Shown piece after piece: positions 30,300 through 39,563 of a stretch of 64,000 nucleotides of DNA. The stretch comes from Desulfatiglandales bacterium. GTDB taxonomy: Bacteria > Desulfobacterota > DSM-4660 > Desulfatiglandales > Desulfatiglandaceae. The position numbers were made by a program, and so were the translations under genes. Location of the stretch: assembly GCA_963662465.1 (NCBI GenBank), contig OY759599.1, forward strand, positions 6,304,001 through 6,368,000. The letters are read 5' to 3'. The first letter of the stretch is position 1; each line of letters begins with the position of its first letter. Below the pieces are notes generated by a model that searched no databases, was not told the origin of the DNA, and worked only from the letters and a program-made list of their open reading frames with translations.

Positions 30300-30902
30300 A
30301 TGGAACGGATTGCAGAAAAAAGACTGACGGATTGGCTCGATTCAAGTTACCGCAAACCCTTGATCATTCGTGGTGCGCGTCAGGTGGGAAAGTCAACGCT
30401 GGTCAGACAGTTTGCAGGCCATAAAGAATTGGTCCTCCATGAAGTCAATCTTGAACGGCATCCGACATTGGTGGATGTTTTTAAAACTCACGATACCGGA
30501 AAGATCCTTCGAGAACTTGAATTTATCTGTGGGAAAGGACCGATTTCAGGACAAGAGGGGTTGCTTTTCCTGGATGAAATACAGGCAGCGCCGATCGCCA
30601 TTCAGGCCCTTCGATATTTCTATGAGGATCATCCCGAACTACCCGTAATCGCAGCCGGTTCCCTCCTCGAATTTACAATGAGCAAACATTCCTTTTCCAT
30701 GCCCGTGGGTCGGGTTGAATACCTCTACCTGGGTCCCGTAACCTTTGAAGAAACGCTGGCGGCCATGGGCAAGAGTACTTTGCTGAACTTGTTGAACCAT
30801 TATACCCTTGAACTCAGAACCCAGGTTTTTGGCTATTTCCCAATATTAAAACATGTCATTTTTGGAGATGTTCCAATGTATTCCTGTCATTATTTTGGAT
30901 AA
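30300..30902 (+). pseudogene. AAA_14 ATPase, 3'-truncated at about 30808
   Basis: GARQVGKS, LFLDEIQ, AAGSLL, PVGRVE; DUF4143 part absent. Confidence 0.75.
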
Positions 30903-31067
30903 TTTCCAATATAAATCACCATAGGGGGAAAATGATGGAAAGAAGTTCTCTCCGAAATGCTTCAGGGTATAGGTCTTGCCGACCTGTCGAGCGCCGCTTA
31001 GCACCAAGGGCTTCTTGGCAGCGGCGTTTTGCCATGTTTTCAGATTATTAAGCAGATCTCTTTTCAT
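30846..31067 (-). pseudogene. N-terminal fragment of another AAA_14 ATPase
   Basis: KPLVLSGARQVGKT, then loses homology. Confidence 0.7.
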
Positions 31068-31481
31068 TCAAACGTCCAAGCTTGTATGTAAGTGATGCTT
31101 GTTTAATGATTAAATTGCCACTTTCTGGTAGCACTTTTTATTAAATATTGTTGGACACACCCTTTGTCTTAATCGTTCTTTTAACTATAATATAATGATC
31201 CAACCTCACAATATCCCAAACATCGACTGGCGGTATTGTGCGCTGATATCTCTAACCATGAGTCGCCAGGTGAGTTCGTGGGACGCGAGGAGATCGTGCA
31301 CATGCTTTTCAGCGACTTTCCCGGCTTGCGCAATTGGGAATCAGGTGTATAAACTGCCTCGGGGAGTTTTTCTGTTGTTTGCAAAGTCTCGCCCATTTTG
31401 GTTTTATTAGACAGGATTGACAGGATTTATTGGATTTGGCGCTAAGTACACTTGAAAAATAGGGAGACGCTGGTACCTTTC

Positions 31482-31883
31482 CTATTCTACATCAAGATGG
31501 GATTTGACAATGGAAACGAACCGTCCTGCCTTCACCGCCAGATCCGCAGTCTGATCCCGTGTCACCTCGAAATATTCCCTATAGTCACCCCGTTGCCTTA
31601 ACTCAAATGCCTTGTTAACCCAACGGCCCATTTCCCTGTCGAATATCCCTTCCTTAATGAAACGCCGATTGAAATATCCAAGAACGCCGCTGTGCTTTGA
31701 CGACGAATAGGGCTCATAAATCAGCAACGCCAAAATCGCATAAAACATCGCGTAATATAATCGGTTGATTATGGATCGAGGGCTCTTTCCGCCCGAAAGA
31801 AGAAATGTTGCTTCATCAAGGCTTTCTCGGGCCTGTTCCAATCTGTATTGGGCAAGCGCTTTCTTATCAGCCGCAACACTCAA
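31482..31883 (-). CDS. HEPN-domain protein
   Basis: NRLYYAMFYA, SKHSGV, ELRQRGDY. Confidence 0.88.
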   Translation of the reverse strand: MSVAADKKALAQYRLEQARESLDEATFLLSGGKSPRSIINRLYYAMFYAILALLIYEPYSSSKHSGVLGYFNRRFIKEGIFDREMGRWVNKAFELRQRGDYREYFEVTRDQTADLAVKAGRFVSIVKSHLDVE

Positions 31884-32197
31884 ATTCTTATACCTTCTCT
31901 GCTTATTGATCTATAAATGGGTGATTCCCTAAGTGGGCCTTCATGCAGTTCCTTGCTCCCAAAAATCACCGCGGATATGAGACAATCATAATCGAGGTTG
32001 ATTTCGAATATCAGGTCGTCAATTAGTGCTTCTACGTCCGGGGTGTAGTTTTCTACCTCAATCATTACGTCTATATCAGATTCAGGAAATTCTTCGCCCC
32101 GAGCCTTTGATCCGAATACACGATAATCAACCAGATTCAGGATTTTCCCTATCTCCCTTTTAAGTTTACGCAGGGCGGCCCGTTCATTTGATTTCAT
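31880..32197 (-). CDS. MNT nucleotidyltransferase
   Basis: VFGSKARGE..ESDIDV. Confidence 0.88.
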   Translation of the reverse strand: MKSNERAALRKLKREIGKILNLVDYRVFGSKARGEEFPESDIDVMIEVENYTPDVEALIDDLIFEINLDYDCLISAVIFGSKELHEGPLRESPIYRSISREGIRI

Positions 32198-32407
32198 TGA
32201 TAAACCCCTTCACCATAACACGCGTAACAGGTGATCGATGTAATGGGGGACATTATGAATTTACCATTCACTTTATAAACTAGTTCCCCCAGTAGAGACT
32301 TCATCCTAATTGAAGTGGAAGCAAAAGTAAAACCGTTTTGAAATATGGACTCAGTTGTCGATTGGCGATCCAGGTTCTTCTATATTCGCCTGCCGCGTCT
32401 GTAAATC

Positions 32408-32650
32408 TGATTTTGTCATCCGACATGCGGTAGAGGCGGCGAAAACGCTGATCGATCAAGCCGAGAGATTTACGCTCAGCGAATGAAGGCTGCTCATGCC
32501 TTGCCTGAGTGACCGTGACCATTCCTCCCTGGCATGAAGAGCCGATTTCCAGGGGATGTGATTCTTCCCATGGGAATGCTCAGGTCTGGAAAGAGGGTAA
32601 AGTATGTGGAAATTAATGTTCAGTCGAGAAAGACGGGGAAAAGTGCGTCG
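32408..32650 (+). pseudogene. Mosaic remnant: second DUF1778/GNAT fragment joined to a mid-gene fragment of the 23650 GT2 paralog
   Basis: About 32408-32555 matches about 17041-17246 with an internal deletion; about 32570-32645 matches about 24185-24260. Confidence 0.7.
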
Positions 32651-32782
32651 GATCATATCCGAAGACTCCGACGTCGAATGTTTTCTTGACCTGAAATGAA
32701 AGAGTTGATAGCATAACGGTTGTAGAAGCGAGTCGGAAGAGAAACTAGAGAAGACGATGCGGCATCAGAGGAGGGCCAAAGG

Positions 32783-33145
32783 ATGCCTGATCTCAGATTG
32801 GTTTCTACGCGAAAACACCAGCTAAGACCGCTTGTGGAAGCAAGGATATCCGGTTTGCGAATTGAAACCTATTTCCAGCAGATTGAAAAAATAATTGACG
32901 CATGTCTTGTTATCCAACTATCAAATGTCACGTATGAGAAACGTGGCACATATGAGGGATTCATTCGCGAAAAACTATGCTTTGCGGATGGTTCCGCTTT
33001 TTATTTGCACGAATTTGTTGACGTTGAAATGACCCCAGACCGGTTAATGTATGCCTATCAATTCATTGATCCTTCACAAAAACTGGTATTTCGTTATGAT
33101 AACACGGGTCACCATAAGAAGTTTAGATCCAGGCAAATTGTTTGA
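32783..33145 (+). CDS. DUF6516/TumE-like toxin, possibly chimeric or truncated
   Basis: FADGS..LHEFV..YAYQF..LVFRYDNTGHH. Confidence 0.6.
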   Translation: MPDLRLVSTRKHQLRPLVEARISGLRIETYFQQIEKIIDACLVIQLSNVTYEKRGTYEGFIREKLCFADGSAFYLHEFVDVEMTPDRLMYAYQFIDPSQKLVFRYDNTGHHKKFRSRQIV

Positions 33146-33212
33146 ATCAGAATCGAAGCTGGTTTTTCTGCACCCTGACAATTGCACCCTGTGAACGGTT
33201 ACAAAAAAAAAG

Positions 33213-34127
33213 GTGATAAAAATGCCAAAAAGAAGATTAATCAGCTTTGATTGGGCAATGAAAAAGCTCCTGAGAAGTAAAGCAAATTTCGAGATTTTAG
33301 AAGGGTTCTTGAGTGAGTTGTTGAGATACAACATTTATATTTTGGAAATCCTTGAAAGTGAGAGCAACAAAGAAAACCAGCGTGATAAATTTAATCGTGT
33401 TGATCTAAAGGTCAAAAATCAAAACAACGAAATCATTATCATCGAAGTTCAATATGAAAGGGAATTTGATTATTTACAGAGAATTCTCTTTGGCACTTCA
33501 AAAGTCATTACCGAGCATCTTCATGAAAGTTCCCCTTTTTCAGAAGTCGTTAAAGTCATCTCGGTCAATATCCTTTATTTCGATCTAGGACAGGGTGAAG
33601 ACTATGTTTATCACGGTTTTACAGCATTCAAGGGTCTTCATAAACAGGACATATTACAGTTATCGGAAGATCAGCAAGAACTGTATGGGAAAAATAAAAT
33701 TTCTGAGATATTTCCGGAATATTACCTCATTAAAGTCAACAATTTTGACGATATTGCCAAAGACACGTTAGACGAATGGATATATTTTCTTAAAAACGAG
33801 GAGATAAAGGAAAACTTTACGGCGAAAGGCATCAAAAAAGCCAAATATGAACTCGACATTTTAAAGTTGCCTGAACAAGAACGTCTTGCGTATGAAAATT
33901 TTCAAGATGACCGCCATTATCAAGCCAGCATGGTTGAATCCTCTTATACCATAGGCTTTAAAAAAGGAGAAAAAAAAGGAGAAAACAGAGGAAAAAAAGA
34001 AGGGAAGAAAGAGAAAGCATTAGAAATAGCAACGAACCTTCTTGGTGCAGGTCCTTTTGACACAAAAACCATTGCCGACATGACAGGATTGACGGAAGAA
34101 GAAATTGAAATATTGAAGGCAAAATAG
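33213..34127 (+). CDS. Rpn-family PD-(D/E)XK nuclease / putative transposase
   Basis: ISFDWAMKKLL, NRVDL, IIIEVQ, LDEWIYFLK, GxxxG repeats, IADMTGLT. Confidence 0.88.
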   Translation: MIKMPKRRLISFDWAMKKLLRSKANFEILEGFLSELLRYNIYILEILESESNKENQRDKFNRVDLKVKNQNNEIIIIEVQYEREFDYLQRILFGTSKVITEHLHESSPFSEVVKVISVNILYFDLGQGEDYVYHGFTAFKGLHKQDILQLSEDQQELYGKNKISEIFPEYYLIKVNNFDDIAKDTLDEWIYFLKNEEIKENFTAKGIKKAKYELDILKLPEQERLAYENFQDDRHYQASMVESSYTIGFKKGEKKGENRGKKEGKKEKALEIATNLLGAGPFDTKTIADMTGLTEEEIEILKAK

Positions 34128-34234
34128 TCCAACCCAGGAGAAGTAGTTCGCGTTCAGTTCGGATTCCTGGCGATCCACATTGGACCATGAGTACTCAGCG
34201 TATAGCTTGATCCAGCATTGCAAGCTATCGTGCT

Positions 34235-34786
34235 TTATGGCAACGGTGCTTTCATCAAGCGAATGTCGTCGATCCAGACCGTTCCTTCCCCATTGATGAC
34301 AAGGTTCAATTTTACATTGTTAGGGTTTTCGCCCTTTTTGAGGAAGAAAGGCGTTTCTTGGGAGGTCCAGTCATGGGTTCCGGATAGCGCCGATTGCACC
34401 GCACGTGAGAAAAATTCACCTTTTTCGGGGAAGTTGCACCACATTTCAAGATACGCCTGACCTTTGATGTCTTGGGTGCGAAGTTTGGCGCGATAGATCA
34501 ACTGCGCATTCTCGATATCAATATCGCCTGTTTCATATAGCCTCACCGTGGTTGGTTTAGTTGCAACAATGCGCAATGAGCCGTTGCCGTCATCAGAAAC
34601 TTCTTGATCGATCTCTATTCTTGATTTAGCGATAACGCCTTCGAGATTATCAACTGGATAATACTTGATCTGTGTGGTTTCCGCGGGCTTTGTCGAACAG
34701 GCCACCAGAAAAAGGCTCACAAAAATAATCGCTGAAATGCATGATTTTATTGCCGGCATATTGCTCTTCTCCTTTAAAAACAGCAA
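34235..34786 (-). CDS. Hypothetical lipoprotein with a beta-rich, carbohydrate-binding-like domain (start likely MPAIK)
   Basis: Lipobox LVAC; GTVWIDDIRL C-terminus. Confidence 0.65.
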   Translation of the reverse strand: MLFLKEKSNMPAIKSCISAIIFVSLFLVACSTKPAETTQIKYYPVDNLEGVIAKSRIEIDQEVSDDGNGSLRIVATKPTTVRLYETGDIDIENAQLIYRAKLRTQDIKGQAYLEMWCNFPEKGEFFSRAVQSALSGTHDWTSQETPFFLKKGENPNNVKLNLVINGEGTVWIDDIRLMKAPLP

Positions 34787-34798
34787 ACATCCCTCCCG

Positions 34799-35257
34799 TT
34801 AAAGCCTTTCATCCAGTACTTCCGGATTACGGTGAGTCCAATCTTTTATGATGGTTGCCATTTTAGAAATATCTGAAAGTTGACCGGAACAGATGTCAAA
34901 AAGTTCGTGTTCCGATATTTCATGGTAAAAGTGGACCATCCTGTTCCTGTAGCCGGCGAGGGTTCTGAACGTAAGATGCGATTCGTGGTCAAAAACACCT
35001 TTTGCCTTCAATACGTCGGCAATCTCTTTGTATTCTGTTATGCCCACACCAAACGCTTTTGCCGCGATATGTCTTCCCAAATCCATGAGTGCTTCAAGGG
35101 CGCGCCTGAGGCATGATTCCGCCGACCAGAAGTTTCTTCGATCGGTCGTAAATGAGCTGTAATTTTCCAGTGGCAAGGTCCGAATTTCTCGTAGCATTTT
35201 TTCGATCCAGTCCAGGCGATCGGCAATGACCCGTTTTGAAACTCTATTCGGGCTCAT
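34799..35257 (-). CDS. hepT: HepT-like RNase toxin (DUF86)
   Basis: GYRNRMVHFY (RxxxxH-Y). Confidence 0.88.
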   Translation of the reverse strand: MSPNRVSKRVIADRLDWIEKMLREIRTLPLENYSSFTTDRRNFWSAESCLRRALEALMDLGRHIAAKAFGVGITEYKEIADVLKAKGVFDHESHLTFRTLAGYRNRMVHFYHEISEHELFDICSGQLSDISKMATIIKDWTHRNPEVLDERL

Positions 35258-35693
35258 TTTTTTCTCCCATTATAAGGGCGATACGTTCTCGTTCCAAAGG
35301 GATCAGGTCCCCCGCGCGTCTGAGGATATAAAGATCGTATTCGTCCGCAAGATAGGTATCTTTTGAGAATAATCTCTCGCCTCGAATAATATTGGCCGCC
35401 AGAAAAGGGTCTGCCTCTGGAAGATTCACAAGGTCGACTCCGGATATGCAGAAAAGATCTTCCAGTGCCATTGCCAGGTGGACCTTTTCTTTTACGGACA
35501 ACTTTTTTTTAGTGGCGGGCTTGATGGCGATATCCAGGTCTGATGGTGACAAGATCGAGAGCAAAAACTGCTCGTCTTTCAGCCATTTCAGAGCATCCCC
35601 GGCATGGCTTCCAAATGCATAAATGATTTCCAGATCAAATGTTCGGGCTATTTCGGAGAGTCTATCCTCTCGTGATTTTTTGAATGCATTCAA
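35244..35693 (-). CDS. mntA: MntA-like nucleotidyltransferase antitoxin
   Basis: YAFGSHA, SDLDIA, VDLVNL; overlaps hepT. Confidence 0.85.
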   Translation of the reverse strand: MNAFKKSREDRLSEIARTFDLEIIYAFGSHAGDALKWLKDEQFLLSILSPSDLDIAIKPATKKKLSVKEKVHLAMALEDLFCISGVDLVNLPEADPFLAANIIRGERLFSKDTYLADEYDLYILRRAGDLIPLERERIALIMGEKNEPE

Positions 35694-35697
35694 ACCG

Positions 35698-35877
35698 TTA
35701 ACCTTCCGTATAGGGTATGCGATTGGCGATCAGCAGCATCATCACTTTCTTGAGCCGGTTTATGTCGTACCGACCGGAACGCGACAAGCGAACCCAATCT
35801 TTCAGAAAGGATTTTGTGTAGTCTGCGGCGCGTGGCAGCGAAGCCTGTTTACTGGCCGCTGTTTTTTTTAAGGTCAT
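35698..35877 (-). pseudogene. YafQ toxin, 3'-truncated
   Basis: LPRAADYTKSFLKDWVRLSRSGRYDINRLKKVMMLLIAN, then ends. Confidence 0.75.
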
Positions 35878-36127
35878 CGAACAACTCGGTAGCGGCGCCG
35901 AAACGTGCTTGGCGCTTTCGGGTAATCTCGTCAACTTCGGCCATCGCAGCGCGAGTATCAGTGTTCGGAACTTTGAGGGTAAACGGCAATTGTTTTTCGG
36001 CAACGACCAGGGTCAGAAAAACGCGTACGGCGTCGGAAACGGTCAGCCCCATTGCCGCAAGCGTTTCCGCCGCCTGTGCCTTTATCTGTTCGTCCACGCG
36101 AACGTGAACCATTGTTGTTATAGCCAT
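35849..36127 (-). CDS. dinJ: RelB/DinJ antitoxin
   Basis: MVHVRVDEQIKAQA..MGLTVSDAVRVFL..LPF..VPN. Confidence 0.88.
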   Translation of the reverse strand: MAITTMVHVRVDEQIKAQAAETLAAMGLTVSDAVRVFLTLVVAEKQLPFTLKVPNTDTRAAMAEVDEITRKRQARFGAATELFDDLKKNSGQ

Positions 36128-36212
36128 ATCTACCTTCGCCCACTGTCAAAAGAGAACCGCGGAATGTTGAACATTTTACGGTTGGATTGAGGTTAAGGGT
36201 TTTGCCCTACGG

Positions 36213-36482
36213 CTAACCGAAGAGGTCCGCGTGTGTGCCGGTACGAACTAAACAAAGTTCACTCCCTTCTATCCGATATACAAGCAGCCAATCCGGTTCA
36301 ATATGACACTCACGACAATCTTTCAGGGTACCCTTAAGGGGATGATCCTTATTCTCGGGTGGCAGTTTTTGCGAACGTACGAGAACCCGAAGAACGGTTT
36401 TTAGCTTTCCAATATCTTTGCCGCGTTTTCTTATCCGCGTTACATCTCTCTTGAATTGGGTGTCGCGTCTTATGTCTCTCAT
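36213..36482 (-). CDS. yafQ: YafQ-family mRNA interferase
   Basis: KDHPLKG..RECHIEPDWLLVY..RTGTHADLF; start corrected to ATG at 36482. Confidence 0.9.
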   Translation of the reverse strand: MRDIRRDTQFKRDVTRIRKRGKDIGKLKTVLRVLVRSQKLPPENKDHPLKGTLKDCRECHIEPDWLLVYRIEGSELCLVRTGTHADLFG

Positions 36483-36486
36483 CTCG

Positions 36487-36750
36487 TCATATTCCGAGAT
36501 CATCAAACAATTCCCGTTCAGATGAAAACCTCTGTCCCTTTCCCTCCCTGGAATTCTCAATGGCTTTCATGGTCTTTTCATTTGGAATATTAACTTCAAA
36601 CGGCAATCCATGCTGAGCAATAACCTGCCGGTAAAAAAGCTCAAAGGATTTTGAGACTGACAACCCTAACCTATGCAAAATCTCTTCGGCCTCTTGTTTT
36701 ACCTTTGGATCAAGTAAAGCCCTGGCTGAAGCTGTCTTTGTTGTGCCCAT
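36487..36750 (-). CDS. dinJ: RelB/DinJ antitoxin
   Basis: KQEAEEILHRLGLSVS..GLPFEVNIPN. Confidence 0.88.
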   Translation of the reverse strand: MGTTKTASARALLDPKVKQEAEEILHRLGLSVSKSFELFYRQVIAQHGLPFEVNIPNEKTMKAIENSREGKGQRFSSERELFDDLGI

Positions 36751-36890
36751 TCTGCAACCTCCATCAGCATTTAGAGTATAGCATATTGTATGCCGTCATT
36801 ATTGAACAGTCAATGCATAAATTGGGTCAGAGAAGATATGAACAGGCGGCAGTTACCCTCCTTTTTTTCAATCGTGTGCGGTCAGGCATT

Positions 36891-37226
36891 TCACCTCATA
36901 GATTTCTTCTCGTACAAAATCTTGCCATATTTTTTTATATGCTCAAGTAATTCTTGATTACGAGCGGATTCCAGGTGGAGACAATCAAAGAAATACGGGA
37001 ATAACGTCTCTTCTTCCAGGTAGGTTTGAATTCGACTGACAAGCTGGAACGTCAAATCTTTTCCGATGAAGGCACAATCAATGTCAGAACCGGGTTTAGC
37101 GTTGCCTAATGCTCTGGACCCAAAAATGATCACTTTTTCAATTTCTGGATAAAAAACAAAAATATCGACCAATTGCGCGGCAACTTCCGCGGGTAAATCA
37201 ATCTTCCGTTCTTTTATTACATCCAT
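36891..37226 (-). CDS. Orphan MNT nucleotidyltransferase
   Basis: IFGSRALGNAKPGSDID. Confidence 0.85.
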   Translation of the reverse strand: MDVIKERKIDLPAEVAAQLVDIFVFYPEIEKVIIFGSRALGNAKPGSDIDCAFIGKDLTFQLVSRIQTYLEEETLFPYFFDCLHLESARNQELLEHIKKYGKILYEKKSMR

Positions 37227-37435
37227 CCGCGGCTAAAAAATCATACGGACATCTTCCCAACTACCCACTCCCCAACATTCCGGTCGGTGAATTCAACCCC
37301 AAGGAGATAAATCTCCTTATCCGTTTTCTTATGCGGATTCCGACCTCCAATCTCCGACTTTTGGCCTCTGCCCCTTGTTCCCTGATACTTTTCAAAATAC
37401 TTCCAGGGGGGGACTTGATGTGTATCAGCGGCGGT

Positions 37436-38599
37436 TTACCGTGCAGCCCCATAGGTCACAACGAATTCATTCTTATCGGGGGTCTGGAAAAAACGGCATT
37501 CAATGCCGTTGTCTTTGCATCCTTTAATCATGCGCAACATCCCCTTGCCCCTTCGCTCCATATACCCGTATCCGGTCAAAAACGAGGCAATCATCTGGTT
37601 TCGGGTGAACTGTCGATACAGCATGTTTTCTTCAGTCAAAGTGTTAGGGAGGCCACCGGGGGAGCGTATCTCCAGTCGATCATTAAACAGGAGAAGTCTG
37701 ATGGCACTGCCTGTGATGGTATAGTCCCTGTGACAAACGGCGTTTACAATGGCCTCACGAAGGGCTTCCACGGGATAGAGGTAGTTGTCTTTTCGCTGAA
37801 TATTTCGTTCCAATATGGGGTTTTGGGGCATGGTGAGTTTGACGAAGGCAATGGCATCCTCAATAAGCTCGTCCAGTGTTCCAACAAGATCCTTCTCCCG
37901 GATGGCATCCGCGGCCAGATCTTCGCCATTATAGGCGCCACACTGGATACTGTAGGAAGGGAAATATTTTTGAGGATTTTTGCCAAAGGCCAGAATTCCG
38001 CCGAGAGATGGGTGCAAGGTGTTGTCAACCGCAACCAGAATGGACAGATTGATCAGTTCGTGGGTAAGCGATGTGTCGCTGTCTTCATTTAACGGGCTTT
38101 GGCTCAATTTAGCGAGGAACGTGTTGACTTTGGCGATGTCAATACTTCGCAAAGATGTTTTTATCACTGGGGTTTCATCGAGCTGGATCATGTTCCTTTT
38201 TTGAAACAGCCTCAAAAGTTCCTGCTGTGTCGGCGTCTGTTTGGTTGAGCCGACCCTGATGTAATATAACCCCCGGTTTGTGGAATAGGCGGTGTCTCCT
38301 CGTGGAACCGTCACGGTGAAAATCCGTTTTTCGTCAACCATCACTTTTTCAATCACGGGGATAAGAGGCGGTCTTACATTGTTCCGGCAAACATTGACAA
38401 TAAATTCCTCAAGATCTTTTTTTGTGCATCCCTTCAAAGTGCCTGTATCGTCAACGCCGATCAAGATGGTTCCACCTTCAAAATTTGCAAAAGCAATGAT
38501 CTCTTCGGCAAGGGAATTGGGATGAACGCCCTCTTCCTTGAATTCGATCTTTGAAGATTCACCATTGGTGATGATTTCCAGCAACTCTTCCCGCCTCAT
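37436..38599 (-). CDS. Schlafen/AlbA_2 + HATPase_c_4 domain protein
   Basis: GESSKIEFKE, AFANFEGG.ILIGV.D, REAIVNAVCHRDY, SPGGLP, RN..IA. Confidence 0.85.
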   Translation of the reverse strand: MRREELLEIITNGESSKIEFKEEGVHPNSLAEEIIAFANFEGGTILIGVDDTGTLKGCTKKDLEEFIVNVCRNNVRPPLIPVIEKVMVDEKRIFTVTVPRGDTAYSTNRGLYYIRVGSTKQTPTQQELLRLFQKRNMIQLDETPVIKTSLRSIDIAKVNTFLAKLSQSPLNEDSDTSLTHELINLSILVAVDNTLHPSLGGILAFGKNPQKYFPSYSIQCGAYNGEDLAADAIREKDLVGTLDELIEDAIAFVKLTMPQNPILERNIQRKDNYLYPVEALREAIVNAVCHRDYTITGSAIRLLLFNDRLEIRSPGGLPNTLTEENMLYRQFTRNQMIASFLTGYGYMERRGKGMLRMIKGCKDNGIECRFFQTPDKNEFVVTYGAAR

Positions 38600-38743
38600 G
38601 CTCTCCCCTTTTCCATGTTTACCCTGGCTTGCACTTTACAGCTCCGCCCTTTGGATTACCAAAACGTTTCAGAGACCCATTCCAGGATTCAAAACATCAA
38701 CTGTTATTGGCTTACCCGCAAAAAGCTCGGCTTTTTTGATATT

Positions 38744-39301
38744 TTAAGCGGGTTTTTCTTTTTTGGCTTCCCAGATCAGTACCCGCGGTTTTTCGCTCAG
38801 TTTCGGCGAAAATTCTTTGAACTCTTCCTGGGTCAGCACCAGGGACCGGATTTTTCGCTTAATATAACGTTCGGTTTTTCTGCTCAAATCATTCAGATGG
38901 TATCGGTCGATATCGCCCACCATCAGCAGATCGATAATCCCCGTATCTTTCCCTTCGGCATAATCGTCAATCAGGTAGGCTTTTTCCAGATCGCCCAAAC
39001 GTGACACAATGCTGTCTATGACCTGATCAATTCCCATGGCCTTGCTCACCATGCTTTTGAGTTCCGGGAAAAGGGGGTGCTGGTCGTTTGCCATATAAAG
39101 GACGCTGCGACCGTTTTTTTCACAGTTGAGCAAGCCGGTTTTGGTCAGTTGGTTAAGTTCCTCTCGGACGGAATTGGTGGAAACCTGAAACTCCTTGGCC
39201 AGTTCTCGAAGATATGCCCTTGTGTGGGGGTTGAAAAAAAATCGGGTCAGCAGCTTAACCCTGACTTTTGAAGCAATGAGGCCTGAGAATGGACTGTCCA
39301 A
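38744..39301 (-). CDS. Winged-HTH (ArsR-like) protein with a nucleotidyltransferase-like C-terminal domain
   Basis: YLRELAKEF..NSVREEL; DYAEGKDTGIIDLLMVG. Confidence 0.8.
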   Translation of the reverse strand: MDSPFSGLIASKVRVKLLTRFFFNPHTRAYLRELAKEFQVSTNSVREELNQLTKTGLLNCEKNGRSVLYMANDQHPLFPELKSMVSKAMGIDQVIDSIVSRLGDLEKAYLIDDYAEGKDTGIIDLLMVGDIDRYHLNDLSRKTERYIKRKIRSLVLTQEEFKEFSPKLSEKPRVLIWEAKKEKPA

Positions 39302-39311
39302 TGATTTCTCC

Positions 39312-39338
39312 GTTATGAGTAGTAGAATTACTCATAAC
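39312..39338. promoter_or_regulatory. Perfect inverted repeat GTTATGAGTA-N7-TACTCATAAC, probable autoregulatory operator
   Basis: Ends 10 bp upstream of the wHTH gene start; TTGACA on the minus strand at 39353-39358. Confidence 0.6.
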
Positions 39339-39563
39339 ATATCTTTAATCCTTGTCAAGTCTTTTTGAGAAGGTCTGAAAAAAATACCTCCCTTGGTGGT
39401 TTATTGAAAGCGCCCACATTTTTTCGTATTTACCCGGTAAGAGCAAGCTGGATGCGACAATCTCTTTTTTGGCCTTGACGGGGGTGTTTTGAAATTCGAT
39501 AATACCCCCCATAAAATCCGTGAAAATATTTCCGGTTTTCCGAAATTTTATGGAGGGTTGTTT

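Noticed and set aside
16485..39301. Integron cassette array
   Set aside because: No tyrosine integrase, mixed gene orientations, and no repeated attC structures found by eye
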